Part shown: positions 24,781 through 38,559 of the stretch, in pieces
How the letters are laid out: every line of letters starts with the position of its first letter
How positions within the stretch are numbered: position 1 is the stretch's first letter
Assembly (NCBI RefSeq): GCF_009914755.1
Contig: NC_060944.1
From: the human T2T-CHM13v2.0 reference genome, Homo sapiens
Direction: 5' to 3' (one strand)
DNA: 64,000 nucleotides
Program-made: the position numbers and the translations under genes
Notes under the pieces: generated by a model
What the model saw: the letters and a program-made list of their open reading frames with translations, nothing else
Databases searched by the model: none
What the model was told of the DNA's origin: nothing

Positions 24781-25454
24781 GAGTTTCCATATTGTAAATC
24801 TGCACAAAAATGCCAAGTATTCCTGGTTTAATTCACATAAACTGACTTTCTGCAGCCGGGAAGCAAATGGCCAAACCCTGAAGATAATGACTCAACCAAG
24901 GTGTTACCACAGAGACCCTTCCTCAGCCCCCTCCACACTGCTAGTCCAAGGTCTTCAGAGTGGGAAAGGTGTGTGTGTGTTTCTCAGGATTATCCCTGTG
25001 GTTATGAAGAAAATACTAGAACTTCATTTTAGTCTACTTTATTAAAAGTAATGAGATTTTAATATTAAGTACATGAAAATACCATATAGAGAAAGAATTT
25101 CCAGTGGTGCTGGCCACCTTTGTTTCCAGCCCTTTGCGAGGTACTACAGTTCGTGGTTTTCAAGGCAATGGATTTTGAGGATTTCGTTTGCCATTCTGGG
25201 TGTTTTGCTTGCATATAAACTTTGGAATCAGTTTGTTGGTATTTATGAAATAGTTTGTACTGTTTTGATTGGGCTTGTGTTGTCTATAAATCAAGTTGGG
25301 AACAATTGATATCTTAACAATACTGTGTTTTCCAATCCATGAGCATAGAATATCCCTCCATCTATTGAGACTTCTTTGATATTTTTCATTAGAAATTTTT
25401 GGTTTTTCATATGTACAGCACATATTTGTTTTGGCAGATTTTTACCTAAGCAAA

Positions 25455-26140
25455 GTGATTAATATTAAAAAGTCTAAAAATAACAGATGTTGGCAGGCTG
25501 TGGGGAAAAGGGAACACTTACACACTTCTGGTGGGGATGCAAATTAGTCCAACCACTATGGAAAGTAGTTTGGCAACTTCTCAAATAACTTAAAACAGAA
25601 TTACAATTCGATGCAGCAATCCCATTATTGGGTATATATCCAAAGGTATATAAATTGTTCTACCATAAAGACACACGCACACATATGTTCATTTCAGCAC
25701 TGCTCACAATAGCAAAGACATGGAACCAACCTAAATGCCCATCAACGGTAGACTGGATAAAGAAACTGTGGTACATATACACCATGGAATACTATACAGC
25801 CACAAAAAAGAATGAGATCATGTCCTTTGCAGCAATATGGATAAAGCTGGAGGCCATAATCCTAAGCAAACTAACACAGAAACAGAAAACTAAACACCAC
25901 ATGTTCTCACTTATAAGTGGGAGCTAAACATTGAGTGCACACGAACACAAAGATGGGAACAATAGACACTAGGGCCTACTAAAGGTGAGAGGTGAATGAG
26001 GATTGAAAAACTACTTACTGAATACTCTGAGTGTTACCTGGGTGACAAAATAACATGTACACCAAAGCACTGTGACACAACTTATCTATAGGACCAACCT
26101 ACACATGTACTCTAGAAACTAAAATAACAGTTTAAAAAAA
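25455..26140 (+). mobile_element. 5'-truncated L1PA16/L1PB-like 3' end
   Basis: ORF2 C-terminus (ORF 25628-25927, ...TWNQPKCPSTVDWIKKLWYIYTMEYY...), 3' UTR and short A tail. Confidence 0.92.
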
Positions 26141-26324
26141 GAATTTTTTTTGCTTCTATTTTCTAGAAGAGAATGTAGAGAATTGGTATCAATTATTCCT
26201 TGTTTGCTAGAATTCTCACAAGAGAAATCATCTGGACCTGCTTTGGATTTTTTTTTTTTCCTTTACTGAAAGGTATTGATACTTGATTCATTTATTTAAG
26301 AGATATTAGACCATTCCGCTTATT

Positions 26325-26635
26325 TCTTTTTTTTTTTTTCTTTTCTCTTTTTTTAGACTGAGTCTTGCTCTGTCACCCAGGCTGGAGTGTAGTGGTGTGA
26401 TCTCAGCTCACTGCAACTGTCGCCTCCTGGGTTCAAGCAATTCTCCTGACTCAGCCTCCTGAGTAGCTGGGATTATAGGCGTGTGCCACCACGCCCGGCT
26501 AATTTTTCTATTTTTAGTAGAGGCAGGGTTTCACCATGTTGGCCAGGCTGGTCTCGAACTTCTGGCCTCAAGTGATCCACCCGCCTCGGCCTCCTGAAGT
26601 GCTGGGATTACAGGCGTGAGCCACTGCGCCTGGCC
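26325..26635 (-). mobile_element. AluSx/Sz
   Basis: T-rich tail followed by a full reverse Alu ending TGGCC; TSD CCGCTTATT / CCGGTTATT. Confidence 0.96.
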
Positions 26636-27142
26636 CCGGTTATTGATTTTTCCTTGTGTGAGTTTTAGTTGTTTGGGTCTTTCAAGGATATGAGCTATTT
26701 TATCTGTTATCAAGCTTGTGGACATATAGTTATTCATACTATTTTTTTATTGTCCTTTAAATGTCCATGATATCACTAGTGTTAACTTTCCTTCATTTCT
26801 GAATTAGTGCCTTCTCTCTAGCCTGGACAAAATTTTATTAATTTTACTGATCTTTTCAAAGAAGAAACTTTTGTTTTTATTGATTTTCTTTATTGATTTC
26901 ATCTTTTCAATTGTCCTGATTTCTGTTCAATTTTTACATTACTACTTCTTTTCTGTTTGCTCTACACTCAAATGGCTTTTGTTTCTCTAGTTTCCTAAAG
27001 AAGAAGTTTTTATTTTTTTATTTTAAATCTTTTTTCTAATATATTCACTTAATGCTCTAAGTTTCCCTCTGTATACTGCTTTCACTGCACCCTATAATTT
27101 TATGTTTTATTTTTGTTTTTATTAGTTCAAAGAATCCTTTAA

Positions 27143-27466
<324 letters not shown>

Positions 27467-28174
27467 GAGACTTCTTTAATCAATGTGTTATTCAGAAGTA
27501 TGTTTTTTAATCTTCAAGTATCTGGGTTTTTTTCCCCAGCTCTCTTTCTGTTATTGGTTTTAGTTTGATTTCAAAGTGGTCTGAGAACATTCTTTTTTAT
27601 GATTATCCTTTAAAATTTATTAGGATATGTTTTATGATCCTGAATATGGTCTATCTTGGGAATCTTCTATGTGAGCTTAGAAAAATGTGTATTGTGCTGT
27701 TGTTGGATGGAGTACTCTTTAAATGTCAATTAGGTCAAGTTGATTGCTAGTATTCTTCAGGTCACCTATATCTTAATTGATTTTCTGTCTACTTGATATA
27801 TCAATTACTGATCTTGTCTGTGTTTCTCTGTATTTTCCTGTCTCTCCACTATTCAGGATGACATTTTGCCCTGCAATCTCAGTGCTCTGATTGGTCTGAA
27901 AAAGTCCTTAATTTTCAGTTTTTCAAGTATTTTCTAGTTGTAAGGATGGTAATGATAACTTCCAAGCTCTTTAAATGTCAGGGCTGAACAGAAAGTCTGT
28001 AAATCTTAGATTTTTAACCTAAGCCCACCTTCAAATAACAGTGTACAACTTCCTGTATTGTGCAAATGTCTTGTATCAGAGTATTCCCACTTTCTTCCTT
28101 CCATACCTCTGACATTGTTGTCATTAATTACACTGATCCACTAGCTATAATTATCCAGTACATTATTACTATTA

Positions 28175-30585
28175 CAAGCACACTTTTGAGATAGTGTAGG
28201 TTCCACTTTACATTATCTACTACAATAAAATGAATATGGCAATAAAGTGCATCACACAAATTTTTTAGATTCTCAGTGCATATAAAAGTTATTTTTACAC
28301 TGTACTGTAATCTATTAAATGTGCAACAGCACTATTCTTTAAAAAGTACATATTTTAAGTAAAAAGTATTTTACTGCTAAAAAAAAAATGCTAACGATTG
28401 CTGAGTCTTCAGGGCTGGTGAAGGGTCTTACCTTGATGTTGATGGCTGTTGAGTGATGAGGGTGGTGGTTGCTGAAGGCTCAGGTGGCTGTGGCAGTTTC
28501 TTAAAAGAAGACAAAATGAAGTTTGCCTCATTGATTGACACTTCCTTTCATGAAAATTTCTCTATAGTATGTGATGCTGTTTCACAGCAATTTACTCATA
28601 GTAAAACTTCTTTCAAGATTGGAGTTGATCCTTTCAAACTCTACTGCTGCTTTATCAATTAGCTTTATTTAATATTTTCTATTCTTTGTTGTCATTTCAA
28701 CAATGTACACGGTATCTTCACCAGGAGTCAATTCCATCTCAAGAAATCACTTTCTTTGCTCTTTCTTTAAAAGCAACTCCTCACTCCTTCAAGTTTTATC
28801 ATGAGATTGCAGAAATTCAGTTACATCTTAAGGATCCAATTATAGTTCTAGCTATTTTGCTATTACCATACATGCAGTTACTTCCTCCACTAAAGTCTTG
28901 AACCCATCAAATTTATTCATGAGGATTGGAATCAACTTCTTCCAAACTTCTGTAGCTGTTGATATTTTGCCCTTCTCCCATGAATCATGAAATTCTTAAT
29001 CGCATCTAGAATGGGGAATCCTTCCTAGAAGGTTTTCAATCTACTTTGTCCAGATCTATCAGAAGAATCACTCTCTATAGAAACTATAGCCTTACAAAAT
29101 ATATTTCTTAAATTATAAAACTTGAAAATCAAAATCAGTTCTTGATCCACGGACTGCAGAATGAATGTTGTGTTAGCAGGCCTGAAAACAACATTAATCT
29201 CTGTACATATCTCCATCAGAGCTCTCAGGTGATCAGGTGCACTATCAATGAGCAATAATACTTTGAATTTTTTTTTTTCTGAGCAATAGGTCTCAACAGT
29301 GGGCTTAAAATTTTCAGTAAACAATGCTGTAAACAGATGTGCTGTCATCCAGGCTTTGTTGTTCCATTTATAGATCACAGGCAGAGTGGACTTAGCATAA
29401 CTATTAAGAGCCCTAGAATTTTTGGAATGGTGAATGAACATTGGCTTCAACTTAAAGTCACCAGCTGCATTAGCCCCTAACAAAAGAGACAGCCTGTCCT
29501 TTGAGGCTTTGAAGCCAGATATTGACGGCTGCTCATTAGCTGTAAAAGTCCTAGATGGCATCCCCTTCCAATAGAAAACTGTCTTTCCTACATTGAAAAC
29601 CTGTTGCTTAGTGTAGCCACTCTTGTCAATTATTTTAGCTAGATCTTCTGGATAACTTGCTGAAGCTTCTACATCACTTTTGCTATCATCTTATACTTTT
29701 ATGTTATGGAGACAGCTTCTTTTTTAAGTTCTATGAACCAGCTTCTGCTAGCTTCCAACTTTTTTTCTGAAACTCCCTCACCTCTCTTAGCATCTATAGA
29801 ATTGAAGAGAGTTAGGCCCTTGTTGTGGATTAGGCTTTGGCTTAAGGAAAAGTTGTGGCTGGTAGGATCTTTCAGCCAGACCACTCAAACTTTCTCCATA
29901 TCAGAAATAAAACTGTTTTGTTTGCTTATCATTTGTGTGTTCACTGGAGTAGTGTTTTAATTTTCTTCAAGAACTCTCCCTTGGCATTCACAACTGGGCT
30001 GTGTGGCACAAGAGGCTTAGCTTTCAACCTATCTTGGCTTTCAGTATACCCTAATTAACTAAGCCTTAATTAACTAATCTTAATTATTTCTAGTTTCTGA
30101 TTTGAAGCAAAAGACATGTGACTCTTCCTTTCACTTGAACACTTAGAGACCAGTGCAGGGTTATGAACTGGTCTAATTTCAATATTGTTGTTTCTCAGAG
30201 AATAGGGAGGTCTCAGGAGAGGACAAGTGATCACGTAACAGCTGGTGGTTGGAGCAGTTGGTTGGTGGAGCACTCAGAATACACACATTTATTGATTAAG
30301 TTTGCCACCTTATACAGGCATGTTTTTTGGCACCCCAAAACAGTTACAATAGCAAAGACCTCTGATCACAGATCACCATAACAGATATAATCATAATAAT
30401 AAAGCTTAAAGTATTGTGAGAATTACCAAAATGTGACACAGAGACACAATTTGAACACATGATGTTAGATAAAATGGTGCTGATAGACTTGCTCAATGAA
30501 GGGTTGCCACAAACCTTCAATTTGTAAAAAATGCAATATCTGTGAAGCACAATAAAGCAAAATGCAATAAAACAAGGTTTGCCTG
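28175..30585 (-). mobile_element. Tigger1 DNA transposon, essentially full length (~2.41 kb)
   Basis: TA dinucleotides flank both ends; the right end reads CAGGCAAACCTTGTTTTATTGC on the minus strand (Tigger1 5' TIR); transposase remnants inside. Confidence 0.95.
28700..30150 (-). pseudogene. Tigger1 transposase remnant (pogo/CENP-B-like DDE)
   Basis: ORF 29025-29561 (MPSRTF...[26 protein letters not shown]...WNNKAWMT...VLLLID) and ORF 29699-29884 (HTH region, LEASRSWF) are separated by stops and frameshifts. Confidence 0.9.
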
Positions 30586-30951
30586 TATTGCTCTGAATAG
30601 TTATCTTTTAGATCCATTAAAATGATAAACTTTTAGTTTGCCTTGTTTTCTGCCTTTCTTTTCTTCATGTAGATCCACATTTCTGACCTGTTTCATTTTC
30701 ATCTGATGAAAAATTCTTTTAATATTTCTTGCAGTGAAAATATGCCTGTGATAAATTTCCTCAGGTTTCATTTGTCTAAGGAAGCTTTCTTTCTCTTTTA
30801 CTTTTGAACATAATTTTGCTGGATATAGAATTCTAGGTTTGTGGTGTTTTTCTTCTATACTTTAAACATCTCACTCCACTGTCTTCTTGCTTTTATGGTC
30901 TCAGTGACAAGCCCACTGTAGAACTTTTCCTGATTTCTCTGTAGATAAGCA

Positions 30952-31422
30952 TATTAAAGAGTCTGACCCCATTTTTGGTGGGGGAGGTATTTGACTATTC
31001 ATAGCTTTTTATGTTTCTCCATTTCCTCTTTCACATTTACCCCAGATTTGGGGAAGCTGATAAGAAGGTCTGGGTGCTCCCCTATTTGGCACTGGTGGAG
31101 ATTCAAACCACACAAACCATGGCCTGCCTGTAGAAACCCTCACTTCAACCCTATGCCCTAACTACTATAAACACCCCTCACTTCAACCCTATGACCTAAC
31201 TACAATAAACACCTCAAGCCAGTCTCCTTACACCATTCTCTCAAGCCATGTTTGGACCTGCTTGGGAACCACTCTTTTCTCATTTCTCTCATCAGAAAAC
31301 CTCATAATGTGACTAATAAACCTTTTCATGCCCTCCTGGTATATGGGTGGCATCACCAGTCTCAACATTCAAACTAAATTTTAGATGAGAGTCCATCCTG
31401 ATTCTGAAAAGTTATCACAACA
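30952..31422 (+). mobile_element. Solo LTR (ERV, subfamily not determined) inserted in L1
   Basis: Starts TATTAAAGAGTCTGACCCCATTTTT (degenerate TG), AATAAA near 31315, ends ATCACAACA; interrupts minus-strand L1. Confidence 0.7.
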
Positions 31423-31580
31423 GTTAGGTGTCCTTGCTCAACCACAGCTTGGTTTTCTACAGTTGGAAAATTATCTGCTTAGATACACCCACATGCACAC
31501 ACACACACATCCCTATGTTAGGAAGATCTATATCTATGTACACACACACTAATATAGGAAGTAAATATCAAACATAATTA

Positions 31581-32215
<635 letters not shown>

Positions 32216-32282
32216 AAAAAAGAAATGCAGACTCTCAAGGTAATTTGTATACACGCTAAACTGTTACAAGTACTTATGTTGA

Positions 32283-32466
32283 GCCCTGGGTTTCAAACTT
32301 ACCTGTGTGCTAGAATTACCAAAGAGCTTTGGAAAAAAAAAAAAAGGAGCCTAGGTCCCAAACCCAAAGATTCTGGTGTAACTGATGTGGGTGTGTCTTG
32401 GGTATCAGGAATTTTCAGAAGTTCCCCTAAGTGACAACAGTGAGCAGCCAAGTTTGAGAACTACCA
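32283..32466. mobile_element. MER5A-like MITE
   Basis: TTTCAAACTTACCTGTGTGCTAGAATTACC ... AGAAGTTCCCCTAAGTGA ... GCAGCCAAGTTTGAGAACTAC. Confidence 0.7.
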
Positions 32467-32689
32467 GTTTACAGGCATCCACAGAGAATAGGGAGGGAAT
32501 TGGGGACAGTGCACATAAATGAATGTCCCAACCTGTGAGACAGTATAGCATATGTGAGAACCATAAGCAAACCCATCTTCAAGAGCAAGGTATAAGGAGA
32601 GAGATGGGGAATATGGACAAAAAGGCAGGGAACATTCTGCTTTTAAGGACTCACAGGACATACTACCAGACTTGGGTCTTTGGTATGTA

Positions 32690-34545
32690 GGTGAAGAGCT
32701 TTGGAAAGGAAGTAACAGGCTTGTAATTCAGAGCTTTTATAGCACCAAACCTAGAGGCTGGGAAAGCAGATAGGAGCCCAGCGCAACATTAAAGATTGAC
32801 ACCTGAATGCAGGTATTGGTAGAAAGTACTGACAGAAAATAAATATAAGAATGATCAGGAGGTAAAATCATTAGGTCTTGATCATTGATTGATTAGAAGG
32901 GTGTAAAGACAAAAGATAGGAAGGGAATCTCAGATGTGCCCAGTGGATTTTCTGGGTTGGCATGCAAGTCTGTGATTAATTATATTTGGGACACATTCAG
33001 TGTTGGATACTTGTGAAGTATGCACATGCCAATGTTCATCAGATGTCTGAACAGCAAAAACCTGCAGTTCCGACGGGAAGTCCAGGTGCAGGTCGTAGAT
33101 CTGGGATTCATCCTCAAGTAAATGGAAGAGGATGCCATTCAGTTGCATGAGGTAGCTTAATGGGAAATCAAATATTGAACTTCAGAAAATACCCAGGAGA
33201 ATACCATGTAGGAGAGTAGTAGGGAATGATTAGAAAGGAAGAGAAGGATGAGGAAATAAGATCACAGAGACAAAGGGGTGCTCAAGACACCTAAGACATC
33301 AGAAAGCCTGCCACAGAGAGGGGCAGATGCTGCCTGGGTTTAGCAATGGTGAGCTTATTTGCAATCAGTGTCTCAGTGAAGTGGATGGAAGAAAACCAGA
33401 TTTCCCTAGGTTAAGAAATCAAGGCGTCAAGGAGGGTGGACCTCATTTTCTGCCACACTGAGTGTCCTAAGATAGTATCCATGTAAATAAATGATTGAAT
33501 AAATGCAACAGCACGGCTGAAACAGGAAGAAAAAATGTGATAGCTCTGCGTGTGAATGGTGGAAATAAAGGTGTCTTTTTGATATGAGAGACCTTGACAA
33601 GTTTCTAAACTGATGAGAAAGTGCCAGTAGAGAAGAGAAGGTTAAAGACACAGGACATGAGGGATACAAACATAAACATCTGACTTGTGCAGGCTCGCAA
33701 CATCCAGGCTGCTTCTGTGTCTCTCACAAGCTCCCATCAGTTTTTTACTATAAGTTAGGGTTTGGGGGAAATTAACTAGAAAAACCACATCTGGAGCATT
33801 TTGGCAGTTTCCTGGTGAAGGGCAGACTCCCTGCCAGATGTCCTGAGCATGGAGGGGTATGGCAGGAAAATAGGTGAGTGCCATGGGGACAGGCACAGGT
33901 CTCTGAGTGAGGGTAAAGGATGGAGGGTCCACACCTGGCGTCTTACTGAGAGAGGTCACTCTGGGGCATGAGTAGAGTAGATGTGGACACTGACCACAGG
34001 AAGAGGCCATGAGACCAATCTCTCAACCCGTCTGGGCCCTTGGAGGCACAGGGGAAGCTCCCTGCAGTGGGTGGTGCAGGGTCTGCCATGTGGGGAGTGA
34101 TAGCCACTGAAATCCCTGTCACACAGCTATGAGAGTCCAGAGGTGAGAAAAAGAGCTTCCAGAGCAGATAAGAAAAGGAGTTTTCTAGAGCATAGTGGCA
34201 GGAAAGGCAGAGAGCACAGTTCTCTCTCTGGGGCAAAAAGTAAGAAGGCAGTGTGGGTGCAGGACAGCAGGTGTGCTTAGAGGCAAGAGGGAAGGTCATT
34301 GAATGACAGTTTTAGTGTCAGTGGGGGCAGGGATGGTGGAGAAAGGAAAGGATTCTGGACATGTATTGCAACAGCATTTGCTGATGAATTGAATGTGGGG
34401 TGTAAATTTTAAAAAGAAGCAAGGATGTTTGCATTGTTTTTGACCTGAGCAACTGGAAGTAAAGAGACTCCATTAAAAATTTTGGGAAGGAATGCAGGTG
34501 CAGCAGATTTGAGGGAGAAGCAGGAGCTGTTTTGAGCATATTCAA
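32690..34545 (-). mobile_element. Scattered L2 fragments
   Basis: Reverse L2 motifs at about 32860-33130, 33300-33650 and 34290-34545 (GGATTCTGGACATGTATTG, TTTTGACCTGAGCAACTGGAAG, GAGCTGTTTTGAGCAT). Intervening sequence unassigned. Confidence 0.55.
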
Positions 34546-34949
34546 TGTTACAATGATTTATCTCCACGGAGGACTAAGACCTTTTGAATAATGCTGAAAT
34601 ATCGTCTACTCATTTTAATAACAGTCTAAACTTCTTGCCTTAGTTTTTTTACATAGCTCAATGTTATGCCACTAACAGTAACTCTTAAAAGGTAGCTTTC
34701 ATTTCCTGAAGCAATTTAGGATTCTGTTTTTCTCCTCTAAAATGATGGCAATAAAACTGGTTCTTCTCCGTGTTCATAACTGTGAAAAATAGATCCCAGT
34801 GTTTGGGATCAAGCACCATGCAGGTGGAGAACGAGGGTTTGTCAGGGGAAATGTATGTCCTGAGTTGAGGGATTTGTCCGCTCCGCCTTGTCTCCTAATT
34901 TTACTCCATAAGAAACCTGTCACTGGCTGAATAAAGCCTTGGCTTGGCA

Positions 34950-35140
34950 TCTCTGTGATAAGGCTCAGCATGGCGTGGAGGAGTGGGAGCCTGGAGGGTT
35001 TAGGTTAGCTCACTTGGTACCCCGCCCCCGCAGAGCTCCTTAGAGGGATTCCTCTCCAGGGTGGTGGCTCCGGCCATCTGTCTGTTCAGAACTGGCTACA
35101 ATTTTCCACTTTTTTGATCAGATTCGGTCTCCGAAATGGA
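34950..35140. promoter_or_regulatory. Possible weak promoter/enhancer (GC box, local CpG retention)
   Basis: CCCCGCCCCC Sp/KLF box at 35020-35029 and several surviving CpGs in apparently unique sequence. Confidence 0.3.
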
Positions 35141-35329
35141 CTCTAAGAAAGCAGGCTGGCTTCACTTTAAGAGACCCTTGGCATCCTCTACCCTCCCACT
35201 ACTGGTTTTGTTCAAGACACTGTCAGCCCCAACCCAAGATCATAGATCGAAGACTCTTAGGAAGCATGAACAGAATTCAGAGATTCCACAAACTCGAATG
35301 AAAAACTTGTACCTTTTTTTCACGTAAAT

Positions 35330-35615
35330 CTAACAAAAAATTAAAATTTATTTCTATAATAATGCCAGCCAAAAAGAAAAAAAAACTGAAATATTAGTAC
35401 CTGTGCCTTGGTCACTGATAAAAATTACAGGTATTCATCTTATTAACATAGTCATTTAATACATTAATTAAAAATTACACATATAACAATATCACAACTT
35501 TTCAGATAATTAAATACCAATATCTCATGGTAACTCATTTATTTTTTAATCTTATGTATTTTATTTTATGTATCTAAAAATATTATCCTAAGAAAGACTC
35601 CACAGGCTTCTAAGC
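35330..35615. mobile_element. Old hAT-Charlie-type DNA transposon fragment
   Basis: AT-rich block ending TATCTAAAAATATTATCCTAAGAAAGACTCCACAGGCTT, resembling Charlie/MER-type subterminal sequence. Confidence 0.45.
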
Positions 35616-35873
35616 TGCTGGAAAACAGAAATGAACTTTTGTCATTATCATAACCCCAGTCCCAGGGCAGTATACAACATGGCTGATGCTTAGCTAATAT
35701 TTGTGGAATGAATAAATGAGGGTATCTTTCATCTTAATTTTCCAAGCCTCTAAATTAATCTAAAAGTTTAAAATTGCTGGAAACATGGCATGCCTAGAGT
35801 GAGTTTTAAAAGATAAAGACATTGTTGCAGGACAGGATGATTAACACCAAAGAATAGATCCTCTTCCCTAACG

Positions 35874-36150
35874 TTAAGGGGGCTGCAGAAGGGCAGCAGT
35901 CCATCTTCTGCAACTGCTTCTTGGCTTCTTGCTGATTTTATGGCTGTAGTCCCTGACTAACACTGGAGGAGTAAAATCTCCAGATACTTGATCTAAGGGG
36001 CCCAAAGGCAGGATGCTCTCATTTTCTGGGTTAGAAGACAGGATAGGTTGGAAGGCTGGTGCTAGCATTGTCTTTATGTGGAATCTAGAAAATATAAACT
36101 TTACTAGGAGTCTAAACAAGAAAATTATAATTAGAAGGAAGGAGAAAAAT
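35874..36150 (-). pseudogene. env: env transmembrane/cytoplasmic-tail remnant
   Basis: FLLIIIFLFRLLVKFIFSRFHIKTMLAPAFQPI...LPLGPLDQV resembles gammaretrovirus-like TM C-termini (..NLLVKFVSSR..). Confidence 0.75.
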
Positions 36151-37162
36151 GTAATGCTCCTATGCCCACCCACAGCATCATGTTATTTATTTATGCATTT
36201 GTAAAACAACAACCTTAAGTTTTCTAGGGTTTACAAATCATAGGTCATGGTGTCCTGCTCTTGTGCCTGTGGGAACTCATAAGAAACAGGTTTAATCCTA
36301 GACAAATGTTCCCAACCAGTACTTCCCTAAAGTTTAAGAGCGGTGAGGGTACTTAACTATACCCAATAAGAGCTCTTTCATATTATTGTATCTAATCCTC
36401 AGGGGATCCCTTTTTTTTTTTAAGTTTTTAGTAAGGCTGAATCTTTTTATTTTTTTCCTTTGCTTTGGTTTTATAATTTTGGAAAGGTATTTTGAACCTA
36501 GCCTAAATTTTAAGGGGCCATAGTGAGGTGTGACTGATGTCCTGTTTCCTGTTTCATGTTTTATGTCATGTGCTGAGTTAGGTTTTCTTGATTTCTTTGG
36601 GATTTTCTTTGGCCAAGAGACTTAGAGTCAAAAGACTTATAAGCCAATTAAACATTCTAGGTCAGGTAGGCATGGAAGTGACCAGGTACTCATTAGCCCT
36701 TAAAATCCTTTGAAGCAATACAAGAGTCAAAAATTAAAAGCCAAAAAAAAAGTTACACATCAAGAAAAACCAAAAGCATAGGATCAAGCTATAGTGGGGG
36801 AAAATACCACTCCCATAGACCTCTAAGGCAAAGCACTTTACCATCAGGACACAACAGTCAGAATCACAGGAGCTGATGGAAGAGCTGAAGGAGAGAGCCA
36901 TCATCTCAGGCCTTTTTAAAGGGAGAAACAGCTGAAAGCAGTAAGACAGCAATAGTTGAATCCGAGAGATATAAATACAAGAAGTTTTAAAAGAAGCTGG
37001 TTATAGCATTAAAAGCAAAGTTTTCCATAATTTAGCAAATCAATACCTTATGAAAACTTAGTTTCAATATGTAGGTCATTTTATAATTTTCTTTACATCC
37101 CCTTTTTTTACTCACTGGTTCCTTTATATTTTGAGCCTCTCTTTCAAGAACTTTTGAATTAG

Positions 37163-37633
<471 letters not shown>

Positions 37634-38559
37634 TAGTCACATGTATTTAACTTTTCTATTTTTAACAGTTTTACCTAGACTACCTCCAAGAACCAAGCTA
37701 TCATGCAAAGCTAGTTACCATTTAAAGCCATTTCAACCATTTTAAAGCCTACAAACATCAGTTATTTACCTGGGTAAATATCTTAAAGTTAAATTTTAGA
37801 AGATATAACATTTTCTTTAAAGTAACAAGTTTAGATTAGTCTTATTTGTTTAATTTATTCAACATTCTTTTTTATAAGCCAATTGGATAGCATGTCAGAC
37901 ATAACATACATCACAGTACTTGTATATATACATAAACAAACATAACAAAGTGACCTGCATAAGACAACTGGATCCAAGCCATTTACAAAATCCTGACCTA
38001 TCTGGCTAAACTTTGTTTACCCCAACAGGTATGGAAGAGGCAGGGAACAGGATTCTGTAGCATCAAATAAGGAAGAGAGAGGGCAAACCACACGGCTCAA
38101 AGGGAGACCTGGGCATCCCGGAGCTGCCTGAGAGCTCCCCCAGCTGTGGAGACTCCAAAGAAAAATGTTCAGGTGGCTGCTTGTCTTCCACTGTGGGAAG
38201 CTGTCTGCTTCATCAAGGATTCAAGACCCCCAGTAAACTTATTTGAGCAAGGCAGCTTGTTGGGGCTAGTGGAAGAAGGTTAGCTTTAGTGTTGACAGGA
38301 AGCCTTTTCCTCTGCCACCGGGCACGATTAGGACATTCTCACTGCCAATGGTCCTTTTGTATATAGTAGGCACACTGATTCTGGCCCAAGGACCAGCGAG
38401 TTGGTGGCTCTCATCTGGGCATCCCAGACACCGATTTTACAACACTGCCTCAGGATAGGTAATTCTGAGGTGGCAGAGGGCTTAAAGCAGCTATTGCTAA
38501 TTGCACTTTTTGCCTATTTCTTTTGTGTTTTTTCACGTCTTCTGCCTTTTCCCTATTGT

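Noticed and set aside
24361-25045. ORFs of 114-133 aa
   Set aside because: Begin in the TA/CA microsatellite; low complexity.
31137-31212. C/A-rich sequence resembling a mitochondrial insertion
   Set aside because: Explained as a duplication inside an LTR; no mitochondrial gene recognisable.
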